From contig JAFUUL010000039.1 of NCBI GenBank assembly GCA_017483805.1, forward strand, positions 2,300 through 66,299: a stretch of 64,000 nt of DNA. Direction: 5' to 3'. Shown in pieces: positions 54,015-63,455 of this stretch (within the stretch, counting starts at the first letter, position 1; every line of letters starts with the position of its first letter). The position numbers were made by a program, and so were the translations under genes. The notes under the pieces are model-generated. The model had not been told where the DNA came from. It saw nothing but the letters and a program-made list of their open reading frames with translations, and did not search any database. The stretch is from Prevotella sp. Its GTDB lineage: Bacteria > Bacteroidota > Bacteroidia > Bacteroidales > Bacteroidaceae.

Positions 54015-55049
54015 ATGAAGATATATCCATTCCGCTTTGAACCGAATCTGCACTCCGTTGTGTGGGGTGGTCACCGACTGACTGCCTACAAGGGACTTCC
54101 CCCCTCTAATGAGCCGATTGGGGAAAGTTGGGAGGTGAGTGCAGTGCCCTCCAGTACGAGCATCATCGCCAATGGGCAACTGGCAGGCAGAGATATTGTC
54201 TCTGTCATCAATGAATACCCGTCGGAGATATTGGGGCGTGCCGTCTGCGAGCAGTATCACGGGCAGTTGCCGCTGCTGGTGAAGTTCATCGACGCTCAGA
54301 AGGACTTGAGCATCCAGGTGCATCCCAACGATGCGATGGCACAGCGCGAGCACGGCAAGATGGGCAAGAGTGAGATGTGGTATATCCTCGACGCCCAGCC
54401 CGACAGTTTCCTCTATGCTGGCTTCAACAAGCAGATTACGCCCGAAGAATACAAGGCACATATCCAGAACAATACGATTACTGAAGTACTGGCTAAGCAT
54501 ACGGTGAAGCCTGGCGATGTGTTCTATCTCCCTGCAGGCCGTGTCCATGCCATCGGTGCTGGCATCCTGTTGGCCGAGGTGCAGCAGTCATCGGATGTCA
54601 CCTATCGCATCTATGACTACAACCGCCCAGGACTTGACGGCAAGCCCCGCGAACTGCATACTGAGTTGGCTGCCAAAGCCCTCGATTTCAAGGTGCTAGA
54701 CGACTATCGTACCGACTATCCTGACAGAGTAAATCGCGCGAACCTTGTCATTGATTCGCCTTACTTTACTATCAGGGTGACAGAGAGTACGGGGCCTTTC
54801 CATCGCAATCTTCTCAAATACGATAGTTTCGTCATTTGTATGTGTATGGAGGGTGACTGTCGGATTCGGGTCAGGGAAACAGGCGACACCATTGATCTTC
54901 CCCATGGCAATAGTACTCTTATTCCTGCAGTCATGGCCGACTACGATATAATCCCCATAGGAGGGAAGTCGAAGACACTCGAGGCCTTCATCAACAATCT
55001 CGACCGCACATTGGCGGGCAAGGTCACCCGATTCCTGCATATCAGGTGA
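54015..55049 (+). CDS. manA: Mannose-6-phosphate isomerase, type I
   Basis: VWGG, GESWE, LSIQVHP, VHAIG, EVQQSSDVTYRIYD. Confidence 0.92.
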   Translation: MKIYPFRFEPNLHSVVWGGHRLTAYKGLPPSNEPIGESWEVSAVPSSTSIIANGQLAGRDIVSVINEYPSEILGRAVCEQYHGQLPLLVKFIDAQKDLSIQVHPNDAMAQREHGKMGKSEMWYILDAQPDSFLYAGFNKQITPEEYKAHIQNNTITEVLAKHTVKPGDVFYLPAGRVHAIGAGILLAEVQQSSDVTYRIYDYNRPGLDGKPRELHTELAAKALDFKVLDDYRTDYPDRVNRANLVIDSPYFTIRVTESTGPFHRNLLKYDSFVICMCMEGDCRIRVRETGDTIDLPHGNSTLIPAVMADYDIIPIGGKSKTLEAFINNLDRTLAGKVTRFLHIR

Positions 55050-55075
55050 GTAATCTTAATTCCAAATAAAAAAAT

Positions 55076-56224
55076 ATGAAAGACTACCAATATCACATTT
55101 TCTCCCCTTATCGTGTGTGTCCTCTTGGTGCCCATGTGGACCACCAGCATGGACTTGTGACGGGCTTTGCGATAAACAAGGGTGTTGACCTCTGGTTTAG
55201 CGTCAGGAGTGACGGGCATGTGCATCTGCTGTCGAGGACATTTGAGGGTGAGGTCGACTTCGATGTGGACAAGCCCTCACAGGTGAGGGAACATCATTGG
55301 GGCGACTATGCCCGTGGTGCCAAGTATGCTCTGCGCAAGCGTTTCGAATTGAAGAATGGCATTGACGGCGTCATACAGGGGTCGTTGCCCGTTGGTGGCC
55401 TGTCATCTTCTGCTGCCGTGCTGATAGCCTATGTGATGGCCCTCTCTAAGGCCAATGGCATCACTCTGCAGCCATTTGAGGTCGTGCAGATAGCCTCTGA
55501 GGCAGAGCGAGAATATATCGGTCTGAATAATGGCTTGCTGGATCAGGCCTGTATAGCCTTGGGGCGTAAGGATGGACTGCTGTTCTTGGATTGCGATTCT
55601 AATGACTGGCGCATCATTCGCCGTCATCCTGATATGCCAGACTTCGAGATTGGCATTTTCTTCTCAGGACTGACCCGCTCGCTGGTGAATTCTGACTACA
55701 ATCTTCGTGTATATGAATGTAAGACGGCGGCATGGAATATGTTGGCCTATACGGATCAGCCGTTGAAGACCTTCGACAAGACCTTCTTGCGCGATATTCC
55801 GAAAGCCACCTTCGACAAGACCAGAATTGCAATGCCTGCCCGCTTTGCCAGACGTGCCGAACACTTCTATTCGGAATACCGACGGGTGCGTCAGGGCGTG
55901 ACGGCCTGGGAAACGGGAAATCTGAAACTGTTTGGAAAACTGTCATTCGATTCATGCGAGTCGAGCATTCACAACTACGAGTGTGGTTCGCCCGAACTGA
56001 TAGCCATCTATGAGATCATGCGTTCGTTGCCAGGAGTATGGGGTGGCCGCTTCTCTGGTGCAGGCTTCAAGGGGGCTTGCATTGCCCTGGTGGATCCTGC
56101 TCAGAAGGAGAATATCGAGAAGACGCTCACGGCGAGATATCTGGAGCAGTTCCCTGAATATGAGAAGACATTCCAGGTGTTCTGGGTCCGCCCAGACGAT
56201 GGCGCGAGGTTTGTTGAGGACTAA
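55076..56224 (+). CDS. GHMP sugar kinase, plant galacturonokinase-like
   Basis: SPYRVCPLGAHVDHQ in place of GalK PGRVNLIGEHTDY; GLSSSAA; NGLLDQ; SIHNYECG; RFSGAGF. Confidence 0.8.
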   Translation: MKDYQYHIFSPYRVCPLGAHVDHQHGLVTGFAINKGVDLWFSVRSDGHVHLLSRTFEGEVDFDVDKPSQVREHHWGDYARGAKYALRKRFELKNGIDGVIQGSLPVGGLSSSAAVLIAYVMALSKANGITLQPFEVVQIASEAEREYIGLNNGLLDQACIALGRKDGLLFLDCDSNDWRIIRRHPDMPDFEIGIFFSGLTRSLVNSDYNLRVYECKTAAWNMLAYTDQPLKTFDKTFLRDIPKATFDKTRIAMPARFARRAEHFYSEYRRVRQGVTAWETGNLKLFGKLSFDSCESSIHNYECGSPELIAIYEIMRSLPGVWGGRFSGAGFKGACIALVDPAQKENIEKTLTARYLEQFPEYEKTFQVFWVRPDDGARFVED

Positions 56225-56241
56225 TCATTTTTTTTATATAG

Positions 56242-56979
56242 ATGAAGAACATAGTGATTGCGGCGGGTTATGCGACACGGTTGGGAGAGTTGACAAAGAA
56301 CTTCCCCAAGCCGCTGCTGAAGATTGGTGACAACACGATTCTGGGACGAATGCTGGATGATATAGATCGCATCCCAGAGATAGACGAACATATCATCATC
56401 ACGAACCATCGGTTTGCGCCGATATTTGAGTCGTGGAGACAGGAACAGCACTACGTGAAGCCAGTCACCATCGTGGATGACGGGACGGAGACCAACGACA
56501 CGCGCCTGGGGGCTGTATGCGATTTGCTCTACGCAATAGACCGTCTGGGCCTGGATGACGATATGCTGGTGGTGGCAGCAGACAACCTGCTGTTTTTCTC
56601 GTTCCAGGAGTTTGTCGACTTTGCAAAGGAAAAACAGACGTCGTGCATCATGTGCCACGAGCAGCCCGAAATAGCAAAACTGCAAAGGACGGGTGTCATT
56701 GTGGTGGACGAAGCGATGCGGGTGCTGGACATGGAAGAGAAGCCACAGGAGCCGAAGAGCCACTGGGCAGTTCCACCATTCTACATTTACCTGAAGAAAG
56801 ACTTGCAATTGGTGCGCCATTCTGTTGAGAACGGTTGTGGCAAGGACGCCCCAGGCAATTTGGCACACTATATGGTGGAACATACCACAATGCACGCTTG
56901 GCCGATGAGTGCAGGTCGTTTTGACATCGGCTCGTTAGATACTTATTATGAAGCAGTAGAAAAGTATGGAAAAGATTAG
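56242..56979 (+). CDS. Sugar-1-phosphate nucleotidyltransferase
   Basis: IAAGYATRL...PKPLL; EEKP; FDIG. Confidence 0.88.
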   Translation: MKNIVIAAGYATRLGELTKNFPKPLLKIGDNTILGRMLDDIDRIPEIDEHIIITNHRFAPIFESWRQEQHYVKPVTIVDDGTETNDTRLGAVCDLLYAIDRLGLDDDMLVVAADNLLFFSFQEFVDFAKEKQTSCIMCHEQPEIAKLQRTGVIVVDEAMRVLDMEEKPQEPKSHWAVPPFYIYLKKDLQLVRHSVENGCGKDAPGNLAHYMVEHTTMHAWPMSAGRFDIGSLDTYYEAVEKYGKD

Positions 56980-58030
56980 TTTAGACAATAAATGCCTGTT
57001 TGTCACAGGCGCAGCAGGATTCATCGGCAGCAATCTGGTGAAGCGCCTGCTCAACGACGTGAAGGGTGCCACTATCGTGGGCATTGACAATATGAACGAC
57101 TACTATGACGTCAGGCTGAAGCAGTTCCGTCTCGACGAACTGAACAGGCTGGACGGACAGAATGACAACCGATGGATATTTGTCAAGGGCGATATCGCCG
57201 ACAGAACTGCTGTCGACGACATCTTCGGGCTCTACAAGCCTGCCGTTGTGGTCAATCTGGCTGCACAGGCCGGCGTTCGCTATTCCATCACCAATCCCGA
57301 TGCCTATATCCAGTCGAATCTCATAGGCTTCTATAATATTTTGGAAGCCTGTCGGCACAATCCTGTGGAGCATCTGGTCTATGCTTCATCTTCCTCGGTG
57401 TATGGATCCAACAAGAAAGTGCCTTATAGTACTGATGACAAGGTGGACAATCCTGTCAGTCTGTATGCCGCCACGAAGAAGTCGAATGAGTTGCTGGCCC
57501 ATGCCTATTCAAAATTGTACAATATCCCTTCTACCGGTCTGCGCTTCTTTACGGTCTATGGTCCTGCCGGTCGTCCTGATATGGCCTATTTCGGCTTCAC
57601 CAACAAACTGGTGAAGGGCGAGACCATCAAGATATTCAACTTTGGCCACTGCAAGCGCGACTTCACCTATGTGGACGACATTGTGGAGGGTGTAATCCGT
57701 ATCATGCAGGGTGCTCCTGAGAAGAAAAACGGCGAGGACGGACTGCCCTTGCCGCCCTATGCGGTTTACAATATCGGCAACAGCAATCCTGAGAACCTGC
57801 TGGACTTTGTGGATATCCTTCAGCAGGAACTGATTCGTGCTGGTGTTCTGCCAGAGGACTACGACTTCGAGGCTCACAAGGAACTCGTGCCGATGCAGCC
57901 CGGCGACGTGCCAGTGACCTATGCTGACACTTCAGCCTTGGAGCGTGACTATGGCTTCAAGCCTCACACTTCGTTAAGGGATGGACTGCGCAGGTTTGCC
58001 GAGTGGTATAAGGCATTCTACAACAAGTAG
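56966..58030 (+). CDS. UDP-glucuronate 4-epimerase (extended SDR)
   Basis: GAAGFIG, LAAQAGVRYS, ASSSSVYG, YAATK, RFFTVYGP, GRPDMA, MQPGDV. Confidence 0.88.
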   Translation: MEKISLDNKCLFVTGAAGFIGSNLVKRLLNDVKGATIVGIDNMNDYYDVRLKQFRLDELNRLDGQNDNRWIFVKGDIADRTAVDDIFGLYKPAVVVNLAAQAGVRYSITNPDAYIQSNLIGFYNILEACRHNPVEHLVYASSSSVYGSNKKVPYSTDDKVDNPVSLYAATKKSNELLAHAYSKLYNIPSTGLRFFTVYGPAGRPDMAYFGFTNKLVKGETIKIFNFGHCKRDFTYVDDIVEGVIRIMQGAPEKKNGEDGLPLPPYAVYNIGNSNPENLLDFVDILQQELIRAGVLPEDYDFEAHKELVPMQPGDVPVTYADTSALERDYGFKPHTSLRDGLRRFAEWYKAFYNK

Positions 58031-58031
58031 T

Positions 58032-59006
58032 TCAGTCGCGATAGAACCAGGAGAGTAGAGAGTTTATCCAGCCGATGGAGCAGTGGAACCATCGGTAGGT
58101 GCTTGTGGGCTTGCCGCCGAAACTGAGAATGAAGTCACGAAAAGCATTCTTACGGAAGGGCAGGCCCACATCCATGAAGTATACATGCTCGAAGCCGCGC
58201 TGGTGGGAATCCTTCAGCACGTGCCAGATGGTCATGACATGGGGATGCAGCCAGGCATAGGTCTTTCGGCGGAAGGCTGCATACCACAGATAGGCCTGAT
58301 GCTGACTATAGATGACAGCCGAACAGCCGATGACGTGGTCGCGATAGCGGGTCAGGAAGAGATGACTGTCGTAACTGTTGCGCAACCCCTCGAAGAACTC
58401 GTCGGCCGGTATGTAGCGCTTGGGCTTCAGCCAGTTGTGGTGGCGCAGCAGTTTGATGAAAGCCTTGAAGTCTTCTTCGGTCTCCACCTCATTCGTCACG
58501 ACTCCTTTTTCGTACAGCGCATTGATGCGTCGGAGCATCTGAGTGCTGATGCGCTCCTCCGGTTCGCGGGAGTGGAGCGAATTGTGTATGCTCATCCAGC
58601 GCACAGGGAAATAGTGGCTCTCGCGGAACTGGCGATAGGCGAACATCTTCTGTGGCAGGTTGCTCACCTCAATGAATAGCACGCTGCGGCCAAGGCGCTC
58701 GGTGAGCGCTTGCAGCATCAGTCCGAAGAGAGGGCTGGCTTCAGCATCCTGATAGGTGCCTGCACCCAGAATGCGGCATTGACGGTAGAGGTAGGGGGGG
58801 AGCCACGATGAACGGTAGCGCACGATGGCCAGCATCTGGCCGAGCACACGGCCATCGGCATCCTCGACAGTCACCATGTATGGCTTGTGGCGAGGCGTCT
58901 TTTTGACCAGCCAGAATAGGCGCGTGCTGTGGAAGACATCTTCCTCAGTCAGCCCGCTGGGCAGTTGGTTGCCATCAGTATAGATTTGTACGGTTAGTTC
59001 GCTCAT
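58032..59006 (-). CDS. GNAT/FemAB-like protein
   Basis: Two-domain FemAB-like size; C-terminal YFMDVG...FILSFGG. Confidence 0.65.
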   Translation of the reverse strand: MSELTVQIYTDGNQLPSGLTEEDVFHSTRLFWLVKKTPRHKPYMVTVEDADGRVLGQMLAIVRYRSSWLPPYLYRQCRILGAGTYQDAEASPLFGLMLQALTERLGRSVLFIEVSNLPQKMFAYRQFRESHYFPVRWMSIHNSLHSREPEERISTQMLRRINALYEKGVVTNEVETEEDFKAFIKLLRHHNWLKPKRYIPADEFFEGLRNSYDSHLFLTRYRDHVIGCSAVIYSQHQAYLWYAAFRRKTYAWLHPHVMTIWHVLKDSHQRGFEHVYFMDVGLPFRKNAFRDFILSFGGKPTSTYRWFHCSIGWINSLLSWFYRD

Positions 59007-59094
59007 CGGGCACAAAAATACTAAATCTTTCTTAAATTGCGCATCTTTTGGCAGGAAATTGTTATCTTTGCATGAAAATTTAGACAAAGTGGTT

Positions 59095-59622
59095 ATGACA
59101 GACTTCAAAACATTGGCTCAGATACGCCGTTCGCATCGTAAGTTCACGGAAGAGGAAATCGATGCAGAGGATGTGAAACTGATATTGCGTGCAGCCCTGA
59201 TGGCTCCTACTTCGAAAGGTCAGCGCGGCTGGCAGTTCGTGGTAGTAGACGACAAGTTGGACCTGGAGAAACTCTCCGACGCCAAGGATATGGGCGGTCA
59301 ACTCATCAAGGGGGCCTCGATGGCCGTTGTGGTGCTGGGCGACCCGATGCAGAACGACTGCTGGGTGGAGGACGGTTCCATTGCCGCCATCTCCATGCAG
59401 TATCAGGCAGAGGAACTGGGACTGGGCTCCTGCTGGGTGCAGATGCGAGGCCGCGGCCTGAGCGACGGCACTTCGGCCGACACGGTCATCCGTGGCATCC
59501 TCGACATTCCTGAGAACCTGAATGTGCTGTGTGTCATCGCCTTTGGTCACAAGGCCGACGAGCGCAAGCCGCAGAACGAGGACAAACTGAAGTGGGAGAA
59601 TGTCCACATCGGCAAGTATTAA
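59095..59622 (+). CDS. Nitroreductase family protein
   Basis: RRSHRKF, APTS, WQFVVV, GLGSCW. Confidence 0.92.
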   Translation: MTDFKTLAQIRRSHRKFTEEEIDAEDVKLILRAALMAPTSKGQRGWQFVVVDDKLDLEKLSDAKDMGGQLIKGASMAVVVLGDPMQNDCWVEDGSIAAISMQYQAEELGLGSCWVQMRGRGLSDGTSADTVIRGILDIPENLNVLCVIAFGHKADERKPQNEDKLKWENVHIGKY

Positions 59623-59627
59623 GCGCC

Positions 59628-60398
59628 ATGGATATCGTTTTCATAGGAGCCGGTCGGCTGGCCACTAATCTGGCGAGGGCACTCCATGCTCAGGGCCATC
59701 GCATCACGGCTGTCTATAGCCGCACGATGGCGTCGGCAGAGGCTCTGTGCTCCCTCTGTGGCGGCACTCCTACCACCGATCTCGCCTCGCTACCCCTTGA
59801 GGCCGATGCCTTTGTGCTGGCCGTGAAGGATTCGGTGCTTGGCGAACTGATTGCCCGATTGGACGAGGGTAGGGAGAACCAGGCTTTCTTCCACACCGCA
59901 GGTTCGGTGCCTCTGTCGGTATTTGGCAGTCATCGGCATGGCGGTGTCATCTATCCCATGCAGACATTTTCGAAAGAGCGGCCAGTGGACTTCTCGCGCG
60001 TACCTATATTTATAGAAGGAGATAGCGAGGACACCTTGGCTCTGGCCGAGCGGATAGCACGGTCGGTCAGCAGCGAGGTTCGCCGCCTGTCGAGCGAAGA
60101 CCGCCGGCATCTGCATCTGGCTGCTGTCTTTGCCTGCAACTTTGCCAACCACTGCTATGCCCTCTCTGCCCGTATCCTGGAGAAACATGGCGTGCCCTTC
60201 AGCGTGATGCTTCCCTTGATAGAAGAGACGGCTCAGAAGGTGGAGACCATGCATCCGCGTGAGGCCCAGACGGGGCCGGCCATCCGCTACGACGAGAATG
60301 TCATCGAGGCGCAGAAGCAGTTGCTGGCCGACGAGCCTATGATGCGCCAAGTTTATGAACTGATGAGTAAAAGTATATACCAATTAGCCAATGATTAA
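59628..60398 (+). CDS. Rossmann-like plus DUF2520 oxidoreductase
   Basis: [34 protein letters not shown]. Confidence 0.88.
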   Translation: MDIVFIGAGRLATNLARALHAQGHRITAVYSRTMASAEALCSLCGGTPTTDLASLPLEADAFVLAVKDSVLGELIARLDEGRENQAFFHTAGSVPLSVFGSHRHGGVIYPMQTFSKERPVDFSRVPIFIEGDSEDTLALAERIARSVSSEVRRLSSEDRRHLHLAAVFACNFANHCYALSARILEKHGVPFSVMLPLIEETAQKVETMHPREAQTGPAIRYDENVIEAQKQLLADEPMMRQVYELMSKSIYQLAND

Positions 60399-60909
60399 CT
60401 ACGATCTGACCAAGATAAAGGCCATCATCTTCGACATCGATGGTGTGCTGTCGGCCGAGACCATCCCGCTGGCTCCCGACGGATTGCCCATGCGAACGGT
60501 GAACATCAAGGACGGCTATGCCATCCAGTTGGCCGTGAAACTCGGTCTCCACATCGCCATCATGACTGGTGCCAATGTGGAGTCGGTCAAGGTGCGCTAT
60601 CAGGGACTCGGCGTCGACGATGTCTACGTGGGCTGCTCCGTGAAAATCCGCACCTTCGAGTCCTTTCTCCAGAAATACGGCCTGAAGGAAGAAGAGGTGA
60701 TGTATATGGGCGACGACATCCCCGACCTGGAGGTGATGCGCAGGGTGGGGTGCCCCGTCTGTCCGAAAGATGCCGCCTGGGAGATTCAGGAGGCCAGTGT
60801 CTATGTGAGCCATCGCAATGGCGGCTACGGCTGCGGTCGCGATGTGATTGAGCAGGTGCTCAGGGCACAGGGAAAATGGGTGATGGACGAAAAAGCATTT
60901 GGATGGTGA
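60391..60909 (+). CDS. kdsC: KdsC-family HAD phosphatase
   Basis: FDIDGVL, KDG, GDDIPD, GGYGCGR. Confidence 0.85.
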   Translation: MINYDLTKIKAIIFDIDGVLSAETIPLAPDGLPMRTVNIKDGYAIQLAVKLGLHIAIMTGANVESVKVRYQGLGVDDVYVGCSVKIRTFESFLQKYGLKEEEVMYMGDDIPDLEVMRRVGCPVCPKDAAWEIQEASVYVSHRNGGYGCGRDVIEQVLRAQGKWVMDEKAFGW

Positions 60910-61490
60910 TGTTGGAGAATATCAGTAAATATCGTGTCGTTCTGGCCAGCAACTCGCCCCGCAGACGGGAGTTGCTGGGTGGTCTCGGGGTGCCGTTCGA
61001 AGTCAAGGTGCTCCCCGATATTGAGGAGAATTATCCTGCCGACCTGCCCGTGGCGCAGATTGCCGAGTACATCGCTCGCGAGAAGGCTGACGCCTATCGT
61101 CCGGTGATGGCCGATGACGATCTCATCATCACGGCCGACACCATTGTGGTGGTCGACGACCAGGTGCTGGGAAAGCCTGCCGATGCGGCTGATGCTCGCC
61201 GGATGTTGCACTTGTTGAGCGGTCGGACCCATCAGGTCATCACTGGCGTCTGTCTGACCACCACGTCTGCCCAGCGACGCTTCTCCGTGACCACCGACGT
61301 CACTTTCAAGATGCTCACCGACGAAGAGATCGATTACTATATCGATCGCTATCAGCCCTTCGATAAGGCTGGAGCCTACGGCATACAGGAGTGGATAGGC
61401 TATATAGGCGTCACCTCCCTGAGCGGCAGTTACTTCAATGTGATGGGCTTGCCTGTTCAGCGTATCTACGTAGAACTCTCCCGACTATAG
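60909..61490 (+). CDS. maf: Maf family nucleotide pyrophosphatase
   Basis: LASNSPRR, ADTIV, GKP, DKAGAYGIQ, VMGLP. Confidence 0.94.
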   Translation: MLENISKYRVVLASNSPRRRELLGGLGVPFEVKVLPDIEENYPADLPVAQIAEYIAREKADAYRPVMADDDLIITADTIVVVDDQVLGKPADAADARRMLHLLSGRTHQVITGVCLTTTSAQRRFSVTTDVTFKMLTDEEIDYYIDRYQPFDKAGAYGIQEWIGYIGVTSLSGSYFNVMGLPVQRIYVELSRL

Positions 61491-61551
61491 GCGCAGAGAA
61501 ACTTTTTTCTTAAATTTGTATAAAAGATTTGGAATAATGGAGCATTATGAC

Positions 61552-61647
61552 TATCTTTGCACTCGATAACTAGTAATTTTAATCTATATTTATCATTTTC
61601 CAAAGTTTTTAGTTGGGAACCTGTTCGAGAGAATCGGTTCCCCTTTT
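61552..61647 (+). ncRNA. Candidate intergenic sRNA (promoter plus terminator, no ORF)
   Basis: TTTG (61528-61531), 20 nt, then TATCTTTG (61552-61559); hairpin gggaacc-tg-ttc-GAGA-gaa-tc-ggttccc followed by ctttt. Confidence 0.5.
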
Positions 61648-61702
61648 AGTATGCCCACACCACATGGGCTTGCTCATGGGGGGATAAAAAAAGGGGGAAG
61701 AA

Positions 61703-62509
61703 TTACTCTTCCCCGTAGTCGGCCATGCTTTCGGCTTCCTCATCAGGATCGCCGCTGCCCAGATCCATCATCGTCGAGTAGTTGTCCTCTGTGATGTCGT
61801 CATCGTTGGGACCCTCCAGTTCGATGTCGTCTTCGTCGGGCTTGTTGTAGGTGTCTTCAATCTCTACGTCTGCGTCTTCGTCCTCATCATCCTCGCTGTG
61901 CGACGAGAACTTCATGCGCAGTTTCTCCTTCTCAGGCTTGGCCTTGGCAAAGATAGCCTCCACCCAGGTGCCTTTAGCCACTTCGAGTACCTCATATCCG
62001 TCGTCCACTTTCTTCTCGTAGAGGCCGCCTTTCTTGTGCAGGCGATCCTTGGGTAGGGTAGTGGTGGAGATGTCGAAACCGCTCTCAATGATGTCCTTGA
62101 TGCTCTGCGAGAGCGAGTCCCAGCCGCCGCCGAAGTTGCGGTCGAGCACCTCGATGAGTTTCGAGGCAGAGATGTGGCGTATATTCTCGTAGGTCAGGTC
62201 GGTGACGCGCATGATGGGGCGCTTCTTGATGGCCCATGTCACCTTCTGGTTTTCGTCCAGCCGCACCTGTCCTACCTTGTAGCCTTGTTTCTCATATTTG
62301 GTCTTGACGAGTTGGGCGTCTCCAGGCAGTTCTTCGATCATGAATGCCGAGCGGATGATGTCGACGAAGTGCCTGACGTTCTCTTTCACCTCAGCATCCT
62401 TGTCGGCGCCTTCCCACATACGGAAGATGTCGTTCTCCTGAACGTCCCAAACATTGCTCTTTGTGAGCGTTTTGAGCGTAAGTGCTTTGTTTTCAGTTTT
62501 TTGCTCCAT
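61703..62509 (-). CDS. Hypothetical protein with two internal repeats and an acidic tail
   Basis: 268-aa ORF with its own promoter box (62541-62548); D/E-rich C-terminus. Confidence 0.82.
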   Translation of the reverse strand: MEQKTENKALTLKTLTKSNVWDVQENDIFRMWEGADKDAEVKENVRHFVDIIRSAFMIEELPGDAQLVKTKYEKQGYKVGQVRLDENQKVTWAIKKRPIMRVTDLTYENIRHISASKLIEVLDRNFGGGWDSLSQSIKDIIESGFDISTTTLPKDRLHKKGGLYEKKVDDGYEVLEVAKGTWVEAIFAKAKPEKEKLRMKFSSHSEDDEDEDADVEIEDTYNKPDEDDIELEGPNDDDITEDNYSTMMDLGSGDPDEEAESMADYGEE

Positions 62510-62601
62510 AGATTCTCTGTGTATTTCCTGTTTATGGCTGCAAAGATACGAAAATATTCTTAATTCCCAATTCTTAAACGATAATTATTTTGCGTTGTCC
62601 A

Positions 62602-63273
62602 TCAAATAATTCCATACATCTCGTAGTGTCCGCCGTCGCTTTGGGCATATTTGCTCAGCAACTGCTGTATGTAGCGTGCGTTCTCCGCCACCCGTGCGGC
62701 ATTGCCGTCGTAGCCGTTGATGAGCACCACCAGGCGTTGGGTCTGCAGGTCTATTTTTGTGCGCTCGTTGTCGCTGGTCGGTGTGCCCACGCCGCCCTCG
62801 GCATCCCTGTAGACCGGCAGGCCCTGTATGTTGATCATGCCGCGGCCGATGCCCTCGTAGGGCTCGCCTTCACGCCCGATGCCCAGTGTCAGCGTGTCTC
62901 CCTTGAACTTGTCGGCATCAAATCCGCCGATGCTGTAGCCATAGGCTATCGATGCCAGATTGATCAGGTCCACCAGCGTGTCGATCTGATAGAGCGACTT
63001 GCCCTGTAGCACCCTGCGGATCAGGGCCTCCGATGCCGGCCTATAGCGTGAGGGATCTTTGCCGCAGGACTTATAGACGCGTCGCGTGGCGGCAATGCTG
63101 GTCATGTCCTTCAGCGTCTCTGTGGTCAGCGTCTGCCTGAACTGCTCGCATAGTGTCTCAATCTCCTTCCACAACTCTTCGCAGTAAGGGGTGTTAGTCA
63201 CCTCTGCTTCCACGCAGGCTCCCACAAATTCTGGGCAAACCTGTTCTATCTCCTTTGATACGATAATATTCAT
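62602..63273 (-). CDS. B3/4 domain protein (PheRS beta-related, trans-editing-like)
   Basis: GKDPSRYRPASEALIRR, LVDLINLAS, GGFDAD. Confidence 0.88.
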   Translation of the reverse strand: MNIIVSKEIEQVCPEFVGACVEAEVTNTPYCEELWKEIETLCEQFRQTLTTETLKDMTSIAATRRVYKSCGKDPSRYRPASEALIRRVLQGKSLYQIDTLVDLINLASIAYGYSIGGFDADKFKGDTLTLGIGREGEPYEGIGRGMINIQGLPVYRDAEGGVGTPTSDNERTKIDLQTQRLVVLINGYDGNAARVAENARYIQQLLSKYAQSDGGHYEMYGII

Positions 63274-63455
63274 TGTTCTCTGTTCTCTTTTCTTTCTGCC
63301 TGCAAAAGTACCACTTTTCTGCGATACCGCCAAACAATTTGCACCAGAAAAACTTATTGCCTGATGCGAAAAAAGTTCAGAATCTCGTTGTACTTTCTAT
63401 TTTTTTTATTACCTTTGCATCTGTATTCATGAATTAACCAAAAAGAACGATAACT

